The notes: a model not told the origin generated them from the letters alone. Shown: positions 35,423 to 45,472, counted from the first letter of the stretch. The stretch is DNA of 64,000 bases from Candidatus Colwellbacteria bacterium (GCA_016176505.1 JACOXB010000010.1:27021-91020); one strand, 5' to 3'. A program made the numbers and translations.

Positions 35423-37051
35423 CTACTGGCCAATATTGTCCGGCGGGATGTTGTAGTAGTTAATCACAAACTCGGCCAGCTCCCGGAAAGCCGGCACAAC
35501 CGTAAGTCCAGCGAGCGGAGCGCCGGCCGGTTTATTCATTTTAATCATAATAATGAACTCTGGGTCATAAGCCGGGGCAAAACCAACATAAGTGTTAATT
35601 ACCTCGTCAGTGTAACCGCCAGTGGCGAAATTCGGCACTTGAGCCGTTCCGGTTTTGCCAGCCACGTTATATCCCGGGATTCTCGCAATCTCGGCTTTAT
35701 TGACGGCCGAGACCATCATCCCCACCACTTTACGGCTCGCGTCTTCAGAAACTACTCGACCAATCTCTTCCGGTTCTTCACGCGCATCAACATACGGCTT
35801 CATCATTACGCCGTGATTCGCAATCGCGCTAATCGCAGTTAAAAGCTGAATCGGCGTCATTGAAATCCCCTGACCAAAACTAGCCGTGGCGAAGTTAATT
35901 TCCCGCTGGTCTTCTTCAAGCGGTAGAAGACTACCGATAATTTCACTTGGCAAATCAATTTCGGTTTTTTCTTTAAGGCCGAATTTAACTAAATAATTGT
36001 AAAAGTTTTGGTTTCCCAGAGCCCGTTCGGCAAAAGCAGCACCAGTGTTAATTGATTTCTCAATCACGTTCGTCATTGTGACCGTGCCGTGAGCTTTAAG
36101 GTCCCAGTTTTTAATAGTCTTGCCATTCAAAGTTAGAGAACCAGAATCATAAAAAGTAGTATTGGGTGTGATTTTCCCAGCATCAAGAGCCGAAGCCATG
36201 GTAATCACCTTGAAAATAGAGCCTGGCTCATAAACTGCCTGAACTGCCGGATTAAGAAAATTAGCAACCGGAAACTGGCCGTAGTTATTAGGATCAAAAT
36301 CAGGATAGCTCGACATGGCCAAAATCTTTCCAGTCCGAGGATCAGCCACCATTACGGTCCCGCCCTGGGCCCCGTAGTCAGTAATTAATTTTTCTAAAGT
36401 ATTCTCTGCCTGAACCTGGATATTTCGGTCAATAGTTAAATACAAATCCTGGCCAGGCTCGGCTCGAGACAATCTATCACCATTAGTGAAACCAGCTTCG
36501 CCGCCAAGCTGTTCTTCTTGATAAGCCTCAAGCCCATAACGGCCGCCAGGGTTTTCAACGTCAACTGAGGTAAAGCCTAAGAGATGGGCCGCCACTGCCC
36601 CGAGCGGATAAAATCGGGAGTGATCACTGCCAATTTTTATTCCCTTAATATCTGCTTGATTAACCAGCTCGATTTGAGCCTCAGTCGCCCTTTTCACAAT
36701 CGGCTCATAAGGGTCATCGCTTTTGTTTAGGATGTTTAACAGTTCGACCTCGTCGCGACCACTGATACTTGCTAAAAATTCAGCCGCTTCGGCCGGATTT
36801 TCTACTTCTTCGGGAACAATAAAAATTGCCGGATACTCCTTATTAATCGCTGCCGGAATTCGACTGCCGTCTTTATCCGTAAAATAAATCTCTCCCCGAT
36901 AAGGAGTTAAAAATCCGGCTAAGCGATTAATCGATTCGGCCTGAGCCTGATAAAATTCGCTTTTGGTAACCTGAAGATTATAAATATTAAAAATCAGAAA
37001 AGCGTAAAAAACACTAAAACAAACTATTAAAAATGTGATTCGAGCGCCCAT
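35423..37051 (-). CDS. ftsI: Peptidoglycan D,D-transpeptidase (PBP2/FtsI family)
   Basis: N-terminal TM helix, PBP dimerisation domain and the transpeptidase motifs (SxxK, SxN, KTG: …AGKTGTAQ…). Confidence 0.85.
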   Translation of the reverse strand: MGARITFLIVCFSVFYAFLIFNIYNLQVTKSEFYQAQAESINRLAGFLTPYRGEIYFTDKDGSRIPAAINKEYPAIFIVPEEVENPAEAAEFLASISGRDEVELLNILNKSDDPYEPIVKRATEAQIELVNQADIKGIKIGSDHSRFYPLGAVAAHLLGFTSVDVENPGGRYGLEAYQEEQLGGEAGFTNGDRLSRAEPGQDLYLTIDRNIQVQAENTLEKLITDYGAQGGTVMVADPRTGKILAMSSYPDFDPNNYGQFPVANFLNPAVQAVYEPGSIFKVITMASALDAGKITPNTTFYDSGSLTLNGKTIKNWDLKAHGTVTMTNVIEKSINTGAAFAERALGNQNFYNYLVKFGLKEKTEIDLPSEIIGSLLPLEEDQREINFATASFGQGISMTPIQLLTAISAIANHGVMMKPYVDAREEPEEIGRVVSEDASRKVVGMMVSAVNKAEIARIPGYNVAGKTGTAQVPNFATGGYTDEVINTYVGFAPAYDPEFIIMIKMNKPAGAPLAGLTVVPAFRELAEFVINYYNIPPDNIGQ

Positions 37052-37320
37052 TCTGGATTTCGATCTTCAACAAATCCCTTCTCGGCAGCGAGTTGCTCTA
37101 AATTATTGTTATCAACTAGGTTATAAAACTTGTTTTTGAGTTCAGCGTTTTGAACCTTCATTTCTTCAAGGGATTCATTCCCTCTCGAAAGTTCGTGCCT
37201 TAAGTTAACCGTTTCAATGTAGCTAAAAACAACAACAGCGATGGTAGCGATAGTAACCGAGCCCAGGATCAAGGCTAGGCGGCGAACATCCTGATATTTA
37301 TTTGGCTGAATAATTGTCAT
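37027..37320 (-). CDS. ftsL: Cell division protein FtsL-like (septum formation initiator)
   Basis: 97 aa, with a single TM helix plus a coiled coil. Position between rsmH and ftsI. Confidence 0.6.
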   Translation of the reverse strand: MTIIQPNKYQDVRRLALILGSVTIATIAVVVFSYIETVNLRHELSRGNESLEEMKVQNAELKNKFYNLVDNNNLEQLAAEKGFVEDRNPEWALESHF

Positions 37321-37323
37321 TTC

Positions 37324-38241
37324 TTAAATTACTTCGGCGACTCTTAGTTTGGCGCTTCGACTTCTTGAATTTTCTCTAATTTCGTCACTTGTTGCCCTAA
37401 TCGGCTTTTTAGTAACCAGTTTGAGTTCTCCCCTTTTTGCTCCCTCTCGGAAACGGTTTTTCACCAGCCGATCTTCGAGAGAATGAAAAGAGATGATGGC
37501 GATGCGGCCTCCGGACTTCACAATCTTGGTTAAGTTTTGGAGCAGCTGTTCGATATTCTCGATTTCATCATTCACATAGATTCTTAAAGCCATGAATGTT
37601 CTTGTAGCCGGATCAATCCGGCCTCTTTCGTACCCTCGAGGCACGGCTCGCCGAATTATTTCGGCGAGCTCACCGCTCGTCGTGATCGGCTTTTCTTTCT
37701 CTCTTTCGTAAATCGCGGCAGCGATTCTTTTTGCGTAACGCTCGTTACTGGAATCGCGGATGATACGCTCAAGTTCATCTTGTTTCAATCGTCGAAGAAT
37801 TTCGCTGGTCGGCGGCCTCTTAGCGTTGTAAGTCATTGTAAGGGGCTCATCGCGATTGAAACTGAATCCGCGGCCAATCTCGAGCTGTTCCGTCGAGAAA
37901 CCGAGATCAAGCAGTAATCCGTCGGCTTGACCCAGCTTCTCTTCTTTAAGCACTTCGGGCAAATCAGCGTAGTTTCGGTTTTTCAAAATTATTTTTACCG
38001 AATCGGCCTTTAATTCTTTTGCTGATTCCTCGAAGCGATCTACGGCAACTTCATCCCAGTCCAGCCCCAGGAAAATCCCGCCTGGCGTTATTTGCTTAAT
38101 TATTTCTTTGGCGTGTCCGCCAACGCCAAGGGTTCCGTCGATAATGAATTTCCCAGGACTTAGCCCGCCTTCGCCCTGCTTCGGCGAGGCAAGTTCAAGC
38201 GCTTCCAAAACCTGATTTAAAAGAACCGGAATTTGGGCCAT
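37324..38241 (-). CDS. rsmH: 16S rRNA (cytosine1402-N4)-methyltransferase RsmH (MraW)
   Basis: SAM-binding motifs (DGTLGVGGH, DLGFS) and the dcw cluster position. Confidence 0.9.
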   Translation of the reverse strand: MAQIPVLLNQVLEALELASPKQGEGGLSPGKFIIDGTLGVGGHAKEIIKQITPGGIFLGLDWDEVAVDRFEESAKELKADSVKIILKNRNYADLPEVLKEEKLGQADGLLLDLGFSTEQLEIGRGFSFNRDEPLTMTYNAKRPPTSEILRRLKQDELERIIRDSSNERYAKRIAAAIYEREKEKPITTSGELAEIIRRAVPRGYERGRIDPATRTFMALRIYVNDEIENIEQLLQNLTKIVKSGGRIAIISFHSLEDRLVKNRFREGAKRGELKLVTKKPIRATSDEIRENSRSRSAKLRVAEVI

Positions 38242-38243
38242 AC

Positions 38244-38675
38244 CTAGATGCCCAAGTCAGCCATCTTCTCTGCGATCTCATCCGAAGAGCCTTCGGTCTT
38301 CTTCCGATACTGTTCCCAGATGCGATCGTCCCAAATTTCCAATCGGTTATAAACGCCGATTACGCTCGCTGATTTCTTAAGGCCGGCGTAGCTCCTTAAA
38401 TAATCAGGCACTAGAATCCGGCCCTGAGAATCAAGGCTGACATCAGCCGCGCCAGCAAGCATTAAGCGAACAAAGGCCCGCGAGTTAGCTTGAGCGAGCG
38501 GCAGACTAATTAATTTTTGAGCCAGAGTTTGCCAGTCTTTTTTAGCGAAAACAAAAAGGCAGCGGTCTAAACCGCGAGTAATAATAGCGCCGCCAGAAAT
38601 TACTTTTCTGAATTTTGAAGGGATTGCGATTCTCCCTTTTAAATCAAGACTGTGATGAAATTCTCCGATTAACAT
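38244..38675 (-). CDS. mraZ: Transcriptional regulator MraZ (start at internal Met, MLIGEFHH)
   Basis: Two MraZ repeats (DxxGR motifs: DLKGRIAIP, DSQGRILVP). Confidence 0.85.
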   Translation of the reverse strand: MLIGEFHHSLDLKGRIAIPSKFRKVISGGAIITRGLDRCLFVFAKKDWQTLAQKLISLPLAQANSRAFVRLMLAGAADVSLDSQGRILVPDYLRSYAGLKKSASVIGVYNRLEIWDDRIWEQYRKKTEGSSDEIAEKMADLGI

Positions 38676-38944
38676 GTCGCCATAACCCCGGGACTTATCC
38701 ACAGAAAATGGGGTTTTCCACATACTTATCCACTTTTCCCCACTTTTCAATAATCTTACGCCACAACTAATTTTAGGTCAAAGAATTTTTCTGGGGATAA
38801 AAATGAGGAACTATTTATTTAAGCCAAGATTTTGAATCAAACTCCTTCACTTATAAACAGCTTATTCACTTCGCTTGATCAAGGCTCTCAAATAGAAAAA
38901 CAGGGGCTTTAATCTCCCCTGCTTTTCTCTAATTCTCAAATTAA

Positions 38945-39553
38945 TTATTGAGTTTCGCTTTCTGCTGGCTCGAGCTTTTTCCTCAACTCGTCGATCTCTT
39001 CGAGAATAGCTTTAATTTTATCTTCAATTTCTTTTCTTAAGGCCGCAAGGAAGTTGCTGTTGCCCGAAGAGCCAGAGCGCTCAACCGCCACTCTTTCGGC
39101 TACGAGTGTCCCATTCTCAATCATACCGCTCATTCTTATCCTGTCTCCGACAAGGACTGAGCTAAGAGCCGTATCTTTGCCGCGATGGATTCTAGCGCCA
39201 CTCGTATTTACGGCTAAGCCATTAACCGTAATGGTCGAGGCGGTAGTATCGGTAGCGGTAACTGTTCCTCCTAGCTCAAACTTGCCAAAACGAAGCGGAA
39301 TATCCCTAAGTTCAACTTCGGTGATGTCCTCTATCTCATCCTCGTCCTCATCTTCATTTTCATCCTCGTCTTCCTCGTCATTTACATCCTCATCACCGGC
39401 CTCGTCCTCATCTTCCATCTCATCTTCTTCTTCGGCTTCGGCCGTATTGTTCGAGTCCGAACCGCTGTGATAAGCCAGGACGAAACTACCGAAAAACAGA
39501 GCTGAGAGAGTAAGAAAAACAGTTAGGCTAATCGCTAAAAGTTTTTTAGTCAT
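38945..39553 (-). CDS. Secreted hypothetical protein with a poly-acidic (D/E) stretch and a DUF5666-like beta domain
   Basis: Signal peptide/TM region, about 45 consecutive D/E residues, then …TITVNGLAVNTSGARI…GDRIRMSG…. Confidence 0.5.
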   Translation of the reverse strand: MTKKLLAISLTVFLTLSALFFGSFVLAYHSGSDSNNTAEAEEEDEMEDEDEAGDEDVNDEEDEDENEDEDEDEIEDITEVELRDIPLRFGKFELGGTVTATDTTASTITVNGLAVNTSGARIHRGKDTALSSVLVGDRIRMSGMIENGTLVAERVAVERSGSSGNSNFLAALRKEIEDKIKAILEEIDELRKKLEPAESETQ

Positions 39554-39631
39554 CTATTAATTAATAGACTGGTCGACCTTTTAATGAGTGTATTCTAGCA
39601 TAAATGACGAAGCTCTTAGGCTATACTTTCA

Positions 39632-40450
39632 CTAATCAAAGACGAAATTCTGGGTAAGAATGTAGTAGCCATTTACCTCGACCACGCCGATACCGGTTCT
39701 CTCGTACTTCTCATTTAAGACGTTGGCTCGATGGCCAGGTGAGTCCATCCAGCCCTTAACTGTTTTCTCCGCAATTTCCTCTGGCGATAGTCGCTCTATA
39801 TTCACCCACTCCACTTCCGGCACTTCTTCAAGTAGCTCTTCGGCCTCATCAACACTCTCCCAGATAATAGTTTTTTGTTCGAGTTCACTTAAGTCTTTAT
39901 CAATTTCTTCCGATTCAAATTCAAATTTAGGGCAAACAACTCTTTTTGCCGCTAGATAACTTAGTTTTCTAAAACCGGAGATTAAGGCGATATTCTCTCC
40001 AGCTACTTTAAATTTAACCGAATCTGTTCTTAACCGATCCCCTAAATCAAATCCGTTAGTGGTTAATCCCTGATGTCTAATTATGGGATAAGCGCAAGGT
40101 TTATCCGGATCAGTAGTTTTTTCATCATCGCGGGCCTGATCTCGGCTGTGAGCTCGGGCCACATCGGAAATATTAGAATCTAGAACCACTGGTTCTAGAT
40201 TCTCCTTTTCTCTTTCTTGATTGATTCCTTGAAAAATTAAAAGCTCTAAGATATCTTCGGTGGCTCTTACGGTTTGTCTGTCCTCCTCGTCTTCGTCAAT
40301 AATTACCTCATTCGCAAAAGAAAGAGTTTCCTCGACTACAGTATCAACTTTTTCAAGCGTAGTATCGGGTAAATCTGAAGTTTGCCCAATTAGATTGAGC
40401 AGTTGGGCAATCGCCTGGAGTAAAACTAAAATACTTGAAATTGTGCTCAC
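39632..40450 (-). CDS. CAP (SCP/PR1-like, YkwD-type) domain protein
   Basis: The C-terminal segment …KGWMDSPGHRANVLNEKYERTGIGVV…NFV matches the CAP domain. Confidence 0.6.
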   Translation of the reverse strand: MSTISSILVLLQAIAQLLNLIGQTSDLPDTTLEKVDTVVEETLSFANEVIIDEDEEDRQTVRATEDILELLIFQGINQEREKENLEPVVLDSNISDVARAHSRDQARDDEKTTDPDKPCAYPIIRHQGLTTNGFDLGDRLRTDSVKFKVAGENIALISGFRKLSYLAAKRVVCPKFEFESEEIDKDLSELEQKTIIWESVDEAEELLEEVPEVEWVNIERLSPEEIAEKTVKGWMDSPGHRANVLNEKYERTGIGVVEVNGYYILTQNFVFD

Positions 40451-40535
40451 GAGTTAGATTATATCTCTTCAGGGAATTACAATTCCAATCTTCGATATAT
40501 CCAAGCCGTATCTATAAAATTTCCTCTTAAAATTG

Positions 40536-41234
40536 TTATCTCAATACATATCCAGCGTTAACATCTAAACAGACACCAGTTATATGTTTTGCCTCATCAC
40601 TTGCCAGAAAGTAAATTGCATTGGCGATATCTTCTGGTTCCGCAATTCTTTTGAGTAAAGACATTCCTATTAGTTGTTGTAGCCTTTCGGGCCTCATATT
40701 CTTAGTCATATCTGAGTTTGTTACCCCAGGAGCAACACAATTCACCCTAATTGCTGGCGCGAGAGCCTTAGCCATTGATTTAGTAAGTCCTAAAATTGCA
40801 GATTTAGTTCCTGCATAAATCGGGTCTGTACTACCTATTTGAGCGGCGGTTGAACTAATATAGACAATCGAGCCTTTAACCATTTTATTTAAAACTTCCT
40901 TTGTGGATAGATAAGCTCCTTTTTCATTTACACTGATAACTTTGTCCAACAGCTGTTCATCGTACTCAATGAGACTTTTGTATCCAAAAATGCCAACACA
41001 ATTTACAAAGCAATCAACCCTACCCAAATCTTCAAAGGCTTTTTCAAATGATTTTTTGATGCTTGAGTAATCGGAAATTTCTAGATGATACCAACTAATA
41101 TTTTTGACTTTTGGCCCTTCTTTTTGATTATAAAATCCGGCAACGCTCCATCCATTCGAAGCAAATTTTTTGGCAGCAGAAAGTCCAATTCCCCTCGAAG
41201 CACCTGCTATAAAAACAACTTTATTCTTCGCCAT
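40536..41234 (-). CDS. Short-chain dehydrogenase/reductase (SDR) family oxidoreductase (start at MAKNKVV…)
   Basis: TGASRGIG dinucleotide loop, and the NxxG and YxxxK catalytic context. Confidence 0.75.
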   Translation of the reverse strand: MAKNKVVFIAGASRGIGLSAAKKFASNGWSVAGFYNQKEGPKVKNISWYHLEISDYSSIKKSFEKAFEDLGRVDCFVNCVGIFGYKSLIEYDEQLLDKVISVNEKGAYLSTKEVLNKMVKGSIVYISSTAAQIGSTDPIYAGTKSAILGLTKSMAKALAPAIRVNCVAPGVTNSDMTKNMRPERLQQLIGMSLLKRIAEPEDIANAIYFLASDEAKHITGVCLDVNAGYVLR

Positions 41235-41375
41235 CCTGAGTGAATTATAGTTTGAGGGGTAACCCAAAGCAATGCGATCTAGTTGGCATAAAGTGTACGC
41301 GGGCTAAATTAAAATATAGTGCGGATCGAGCTTGAAGCTCGATATTAAATTTTTGCGTTTGTCGGACCGCTCTAG

Positions 41376-41447
41376 TGGGTGATGCAGGATTCGAACCTGC
41401 GACTTCTTCCGTGTGAGGGAAGCGCTCTACCCCTGAGCTAATCACCC
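41376..41447 (-). tRNA. tRNA-Val (anticodon CAC)
   Basis: The reverse complement folds as GGGTGAT / TA GCTC AGGGGTA GAGC G / CTTCC CTCACAC GGAAG / AAGTC / GCAGG TTCGAAT CCTGC / ATCACCC A. Confidence 0.8.
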
Positions 41448-41459
41448 ACGGCGTCGCTA

Positions 41460-41822
41460 CTATTGTAGCTCGACGGTAGCGCCAGCTTCTTCGAGCTTGC
41501 TCTTCGCCTCATCCGCTTCTTCTTTCTTTAATCCCTCTTTAACTTTTTGAGGCGCGCCTTCAACTAAGTCTTTTGATTCTTTGAGTCCTAGACCGGTGAT
41601 TTCGCGAACCGCTTTAATGACGTTAATCTTTTGATCGCCAGCTGAAGTCAGCATCACCGTAAATGAAGTTTTTTCTTCAACCTCAACCGCTTGACCGCCA
41701 GCGGCAGCGGCGACGGGCATGGCCGCCGAGACGCCGAACTTTTCCTCCATCGCTTTTACTAATTCGGCGATTTCGAGAGTCGACATTTTTTCAACTTCTT
41801 CAATAAATTTTTCTTTCTCCAT
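41460..41822 (-). CDS. rplL: 50S ribosomal protein L7/L12
   Basis: The C-terminal segment [22 protein letters not shown]…EAGATVEL is the L12 signature. Confidence 0.9.
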   Translation of the reverse strand: MEKEKFIEEVEKMSTLEIAELVKAMEEKFGVSAAMPVAAAAGGQAVEVEEKTSFTVMLTSAGDQKINVIKAVREITGLGLKESKDLVEGAPQKVKEGLKKEEADEAKSKLEEAGATVELQ

Positions 41823-41842
41823 AATTAGATATTATTTTCGGA

Positions 41843-42334
41843 CTACGACCTTTTACTTAATGTGTCTAAAACATACATTAACTTTTTGACCGGAGCGATC
41901 ATCGTACCGACTAACTGCGCGAGTAGCACTTCTCTTCCTGGTAATTTACCAATAGCAATAACTTTTTCGGCTGATAATTCCTCTTTATTACCGAGATCAA
42001 GCCCGCCTAGAATCTTAAAACCCTCGTTATCTTTAGAGAATTTATAAACCGAAGCAATAACATTCTCTAGCTCATCGGTCCCAAAAACCGTACCCACTTG
42101 GCCCTCGAATTTCACCGGATCAAAATCAAATCCTTTTTCACGAAGCACCAGTCTTAAAATTCTTTTTTTAATGACCTTAAACTTCGCCCCAGCTTCGGTT
42201 AGTCCCCTTCTCAATCCCTGAAGCTCGGTGACGCCTACACCGGCAAAATCAGCAAAAATTAAAAATCGGGATTGGCTAACTTTCTCGCTCCCCTCGCCGT
42301 AGATTTCTTCTTTTTTCGCTCTGGTAATAGCCAT
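41843..42334 (-). CDS. rplJ: 50S ribosomal protein L10
   Basis: 163 aa, located upstream of rplL, with an L10-like N-terminal domain. Confidence 0.8.
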   Translation of the reverse strand: MAITRAKKEEIYGEGSEKVSQSRFLIFADFAGVGVTELQGLRRGLTEAGAKFKVIKKRILRLVLREKGFDFDPVKFEGQVGTVFGTDELENVIASVYKFSKDNEGFKILGGLDLGNKEELSAEKVIAIGKLPGREVLLAQLVGTMIAPVKKLMYVLDTLSKRS

Positions 42335-42424
42335 AAAAAAACTGCGTAAGCCGCAGTGAAATTATCATCCTCGGCAGGGTTTATTGGATACCTGCGGTCT
42401 GCGGACTAACTTGCTAATAATAGA

Positions 42425-43057
42425 CTACGGCCGAGCTCTGTCAAGCATCTCTATTACCTCCTCGTCAGTTACTTGGGGAAAATCGTCATAATAAGCCCCG
42501 ACTGCGCCCAAATATAGGGCCGGGATATCAAGAGCCACGAATTCATCAACCTCTTTTTCGATCTCACGAGCTGCATCTCGCGGCGCCACCGGGACGGCTA
42601 CGATTATTTTTGCCGGCTCTTTATGTTTCAGTTCTTTTATCGCGAGTTCCAAGGTAAGGCCGGTGGCAATACCGTCATCAACAAGAATTGCTATCTTTCC
42701 CCGAACTTCCGGGGTTTTTCTTTTTCCGAGATAGATTTCACGCCGCCGCCTAGCTTCCGCTCTCTCTTTTTCAACCTCTTTACTAAACCAGGCAGGGTCA
42801 ACTGCGGCTCGTTCAGCCTCATTACAAATCAGGTCACCATCTTCAGCCACAGCGCAAATCGCATACTCAGGATTTAAAGGATGGCCGATCTTTCGAGTAA
42901 TTATTAAATCAAGCGGCGCATTCAACGCCTTCGCAATTTCAAATCCTAAAACTACACCGCCTCGAGGAAGAGCATAAATAACTACTTCCTTCCCCTCGTA
43001 ATGCCCGAGGTGCTGGACTAGTAGTTGTCCCGCTTCAGTCCTGTCTCGAAAACGCAT
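42425..43057 (-). CDS. Phosphoribosyltransferase-family protein
   Basis: PRPP-binding loop ILVDDGIATGLT. Confidence 0.65.
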   Translation of the reverse strand: MRFRDRTEAGQLLVQHLGHYEGKEVVIYALPRGGVVLGFEIAKALNAPLDLIITRKIGHPLNPEYAICAVAEDGDLICNEAERAAVDPAWFSKEVEKERAEARRRREIYLGKRKTPEVRGKIAILVDDGIATGLTLELAIKELKHKEPAKIIVAVPVAPRDAAREIEKEVDEFVALDIPALYLGAVGAYYDDFPQVTDEEVIEMLDRARP

Positions 43058-43085
43058 GGTTCGACAAGCTCACCACAAGTATCAA

Positions 43086-43262
43086 TTATCCTTTGGTTTT
43101 GGCCTCTTTGTGCGGCGTTTGCTTCCGACACCACTTACAATAGCGGTTGAACTCGAGCTTTCGCTCGACCTTCTTCTTATTTTTGCGCGTATAGTAATTC
43201 TTCCGTTTGCAAACAGTACAGCGAAGCGTGATTAAATTATCTGAATAAGTTGATTTGGCCAT
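43086..43262 (-). CDS. rpmG: 50S ribosomal protein L33 (not in ORF track; <60 aa)
   Basis: Hand translation of the minus strand gives MAKSTYSDNLITLRCTVCKRKNYYTRKNKKKVERKLEFNRYCKWCRKQTPHKEAKTKG, with the CxxC…CxxC L33 zinc ribbon. Confidence 0.8.
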   Translation of the reverse strand: MAKSTYSDNLITLRCTVCKRKNYYTRKNKKKVERKLEFNRYCKWCRKQTPHKEAKTKG

Positions 43263-43275
43263 ATGTTTTTTCCTG

Positions 43276-43347
43276 AGCCGGAGGAGGGAATCGGACCCTC
43301 GGCCTCTTTCTTACCAAGAAAGCGTTCTGCCACTGAACTACTCCGGC
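43276..43347 (-). tRNA. tRNA-Thr (anticodon GGT)
   Basis: The reverse complement folds as GCCGGAG / TA GTTC AGTGGCA GAAC G / CTTTC TTGGTAA GAAAG / … / GGGTC CGATTCC… / CTCCGGC T. Confidence 0.75.
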
Positions 43348-43706
43348 GAACGATAATTATTGAGGCAGGATTGAAGCTCTGGGGTTATGGTGCAGCCGCA
43401 TTCACCATTTGCCTGTCTCTTACAGGTAGCGGTTCGATAGCAGGCGTACTCTTCTCGCCACTCGCAAGTTGAGGCAAGCCCTTCAATGTCTGAGCAAAGT
43501 TGCCCAGAACAGCCGCCGACATAACATTTACCCGAAGCTTTTGGCGGAATTTCGGTCTCGTCACCATTCTCAGCCTCTTCCTCATCCTGTGGTGAGGTTG
43601 GCGAAATATAATCTGGAGCTTCTACTCTATCCGTGCCCGTCAGGAAAAAAACAGCTAATCCTAATGCCCCTACGGCAATTAAAGCTAAAACGATGCCCTT
43701 CTCCAT
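43338..43706 (-). CDS. Small secreted cysteine-rich hypothetical protein (10 Cys) between tRNA genes
   Basis: Signal/TM N-terminus, an acidic linker, then …CYVGGCSGQLCSDIEGLASTCEW…CYRTATCKRQANGECGCTITPELQSC…. Its 3' end overlaps the tRNA-Thr(GGT) 5' end by about 10 nt. Confidence 0.45.
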   Translation of the reverse strand: MEKGIVLALIAVGALGLAVFFLTGTDRVEAPDYISPTSPQDEEEAENGDETEIPPKASGKCYVGGCSGQLCSDIEGLASTCEWREEYACYRTATCKRQANGECGCTITPELQSCLNNYRSPE

Positions 43707-43760
43707 GTTCTCGGCAACCTACTAAAAACTAGCTTGCCTCAAAGTATTTTTCAAGTGATG

Positions 43761-43833
43761 AGCCGACCCGGGGGCTCGAACCCCGAACCTATGGTTTACA
43801 AAACCATTGCTCTACCAGTTGAGCTAGGTCGGC
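43761..43833 (-). tRNA. tRNA-Thr (anticodon TGT)
   Basis: The reverse complement folds as GCCGACC / TA GCTC AACTGGTA GAGC A / ATGGT TTTGTAA ACCAT / AGGTT / CGGGG TTCGAGC CCCCG / GGTCGGC T. Confidence 0.8.
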
Positions 43834-43840
43834 GAGCCGG

Positions 43841-43924
43841 TGCGCAGGGAGGGATTCGAACCCCCGTAGCCACTAGGGCGCGAGATTTACAGTCTCGTGC
43901 AATTGACCGCTCTGCCACCTGCGC
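43841..43924 (-). tRNA. tRNA-Tyr (anticodon GTA), long variable arm
   Basis: The reverse complement folds as GCGCAGG / TGGCAGAGCGGTCAATTGCA / CGAGA CTGTAAA TCTCG / long variable arm CGCCCTAGTGGCTACGG / GGG TTCGAAT CCC / CCTGCGC A. Confidence 0.75.
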
Positions 43925-43964
43925 GGTCCTGCCTACGACTAGGCAGGCATCGTTATTATAGCGA

Positions 43965-44219
43965 TTATTCTTCGCGCTTCAACTTGCGGCTTAAGAAATT
44001 ATCAATCTTCATAATAACGATTTTGGTCCGGCGCAAGAGCTTATCCCTTAGGTTTTTCAAAAGCAAATCAAAATCCTCAAGCGGCAGATTGGTCGAACGG
44101 CCGTTCTTTTTAGCTGATTTCGCTTCCTCCTCCCCCACTCGAGGCACGGCAATCGCCATTAAGTAAACTATCGCTCCTAAGGAGATTACCAAGGCTAACT
44201 CGAGAAAAAGATCAATCAT
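43965..44219 (-). CDS. Hypothetical small membrane protein
   Basis: 84 aa with a single TM helix. Its stop overlaps the tsf start. Confidence 0.4.
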   Translation of the reverse strand: MIDLFLELALVISLGAIVYLMAIAVPRVGEEEAKSAKKNGRSTNLPLEDFDLLLKNLRDKLLRRTKIVIMKIDNFLSRKLKREE

Positions 44220-44662
44220 AATTCGTATCTTATGAAGCGCCCTACTTTTATATTCTCTCCGGTCTTCGCGATAACGTCGTTAATTAAATCACTGACAGTT
44301 TTGCTATCATCCCTAATATAATTCTCTGCAAGGAGGGCCTCAACGCTTTCCGGATTCATGGCCGCCACTTGCATTGAAAGATTATGAGCTAATTCCTTAA
44401 ACTCGTTTGTTCTCGCCACAAAATCGGTTTCAGAGTTAAGCTCAAGCAAAACACCAATCTTATCTTGATGAATATAAGCATCGACAATACCGGCTCCTGC
44501 TTCGCGATCAGCTCTTTTCGCGGCCCGGTCAAGACCCTTTTCCTTTAAGATCTTAACCGCCTCATCTATATTACCTCCGGCTTCTTCAAAAGCTTTTTTA
44601 CAATCCATTACGCCGGCTCCGGTTAAGGCGCGGAGGTTTTGAATATCAGCTGGCGTTGCCAT
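44216..44662 (-). CDS. tsf: Elongation factor Ts (short form)
   Basis: UBA-like N-terminus (LRALTGAGVMDCKKAF) and the EF-Ts core (TDFVARTNEF). Confidence 0.85.
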   Translation of the reverse strand: MATPADIQNLRALTGAGVMDCKKAFEEAGGNIDEAVKILKEKGLDRAAKRADREAGAGIVDAYIHQDKIGVLLELNSETDFVARTNEFKELAHNLSMQVAAMNPESVEALLAENYIRDDSKTVSDLINDVIAKTGENIKVGRFIRYEL

Positions 44663-45440
44663 TTTTCTCTGTATTTGTTGCTGTAGGTTCTTGGGGTTCT
44701 TGAGGTCGAGTGGCGAAAGCCGGCTCTAATTCCCTGAGCAATATTTCAATACTCTTAATATTCCGGTCATTAGCCGGAACTGGATAATCGACCAAGGCTG
44801 GATCAGCGTCAGTGTTTACAAAAGCAGCAACCGGAATTCCTTTTTGTTTAGCCTCTTTGGCAGCCAAGTCATTCTCAGCGAGATCAGCAATGAAGACCAA
44901 GGCGGGTAAACGCTCTAGGGTCGAGATTCCGGCGAAAAGCCTTTCAAGCTTATCAAGCTCCCTTTTGAATTTAATTTTTTCCTTTTTAGAATATTTATCC
45001 CACTCCCCTTTTACTTCTTCGTCTTTAAGTTTTTTAAAGTAATTAACTCTCTCGTTAATAACTTTGAAATTAGTAATGGTGCCGCCGAGCCAGCGCTCAG
45101 TTACGTAGGGCAAACTAAACTTTTCCGCCAAGATTTTCACGGCTGTCTTTACCGCTGGGCTTGTACCTACCAGGAGCACCTTACCTCTTGCCTGGAGCAC
45201 TTTTTTAATCGCTTCAGCCGCGCTTTTTAAGCTCGAGATAGTTTCGCTAAGGTCAATTACTTCAAAACCAGCCCTAGTAGTCAGAATGTATTTCTTCATG
45301 GCGGAATTAGTCCTTGATTTAGACCGACCATAGAAAACGCCAGCCCTCATCATCTCCTCAAAAAGAGCCGCATCTTCAGGATTTACTAACGACTCTTCTT
45401 GATTATTCTCTAGTTCAATTGTTTCTGAAGTTTCTGGCAC
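44646..45440 (-). CDS. rpsB: 30S ribosomal protein S2 (with N-terminal extension)
   Basis: GVFYGRSKSRTNSAMKKYI…, the flavodoxin-like S2 core, and its position upstream of tsf. Confidence 0.85.
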   Translation of the reverse strand: MPETSETIELENNQEESLVNPEDAALFEEMMRAGVFYGRSKSRTNSAMKKYILTTRAGFEVIDLSETISSLKSAAEAIKKVLQARGKVLLVGTSPAVKTAVKILAEKFSLPYVTERWLGGTITNFKVINERVNYFKKLKDEEVKGEWDKYSKKEKIKFKRELDKLERLFAGISTLERLPALVFIADLAENDLAAKEAKQKGIPVAAFVNTDADPALVDYPVPANDRNIKSIEILLRELEPAFATRPQEPQEPTATNTEKNGNAS

Positions 45441-45472
45441 AGCCCCAAAATTACCTTACAAAATTAGAAAAG

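Noticed and set aside
41245-41445. 66-aa ORF
   Set aside because: It lies entirely over tRNA-Val on the opposite strand.
43263-43472. 69-aa plus-strand ORF
   Set aside because: It overlaps tRNA-Thr(GGT) and the antisense of the Cys-rich protein gene.
43734-43961. 75-aa plus-strand ORF
   Set aside because: It is the antisense of tRNA-Thr(TGT) and tRNA-Tyr.
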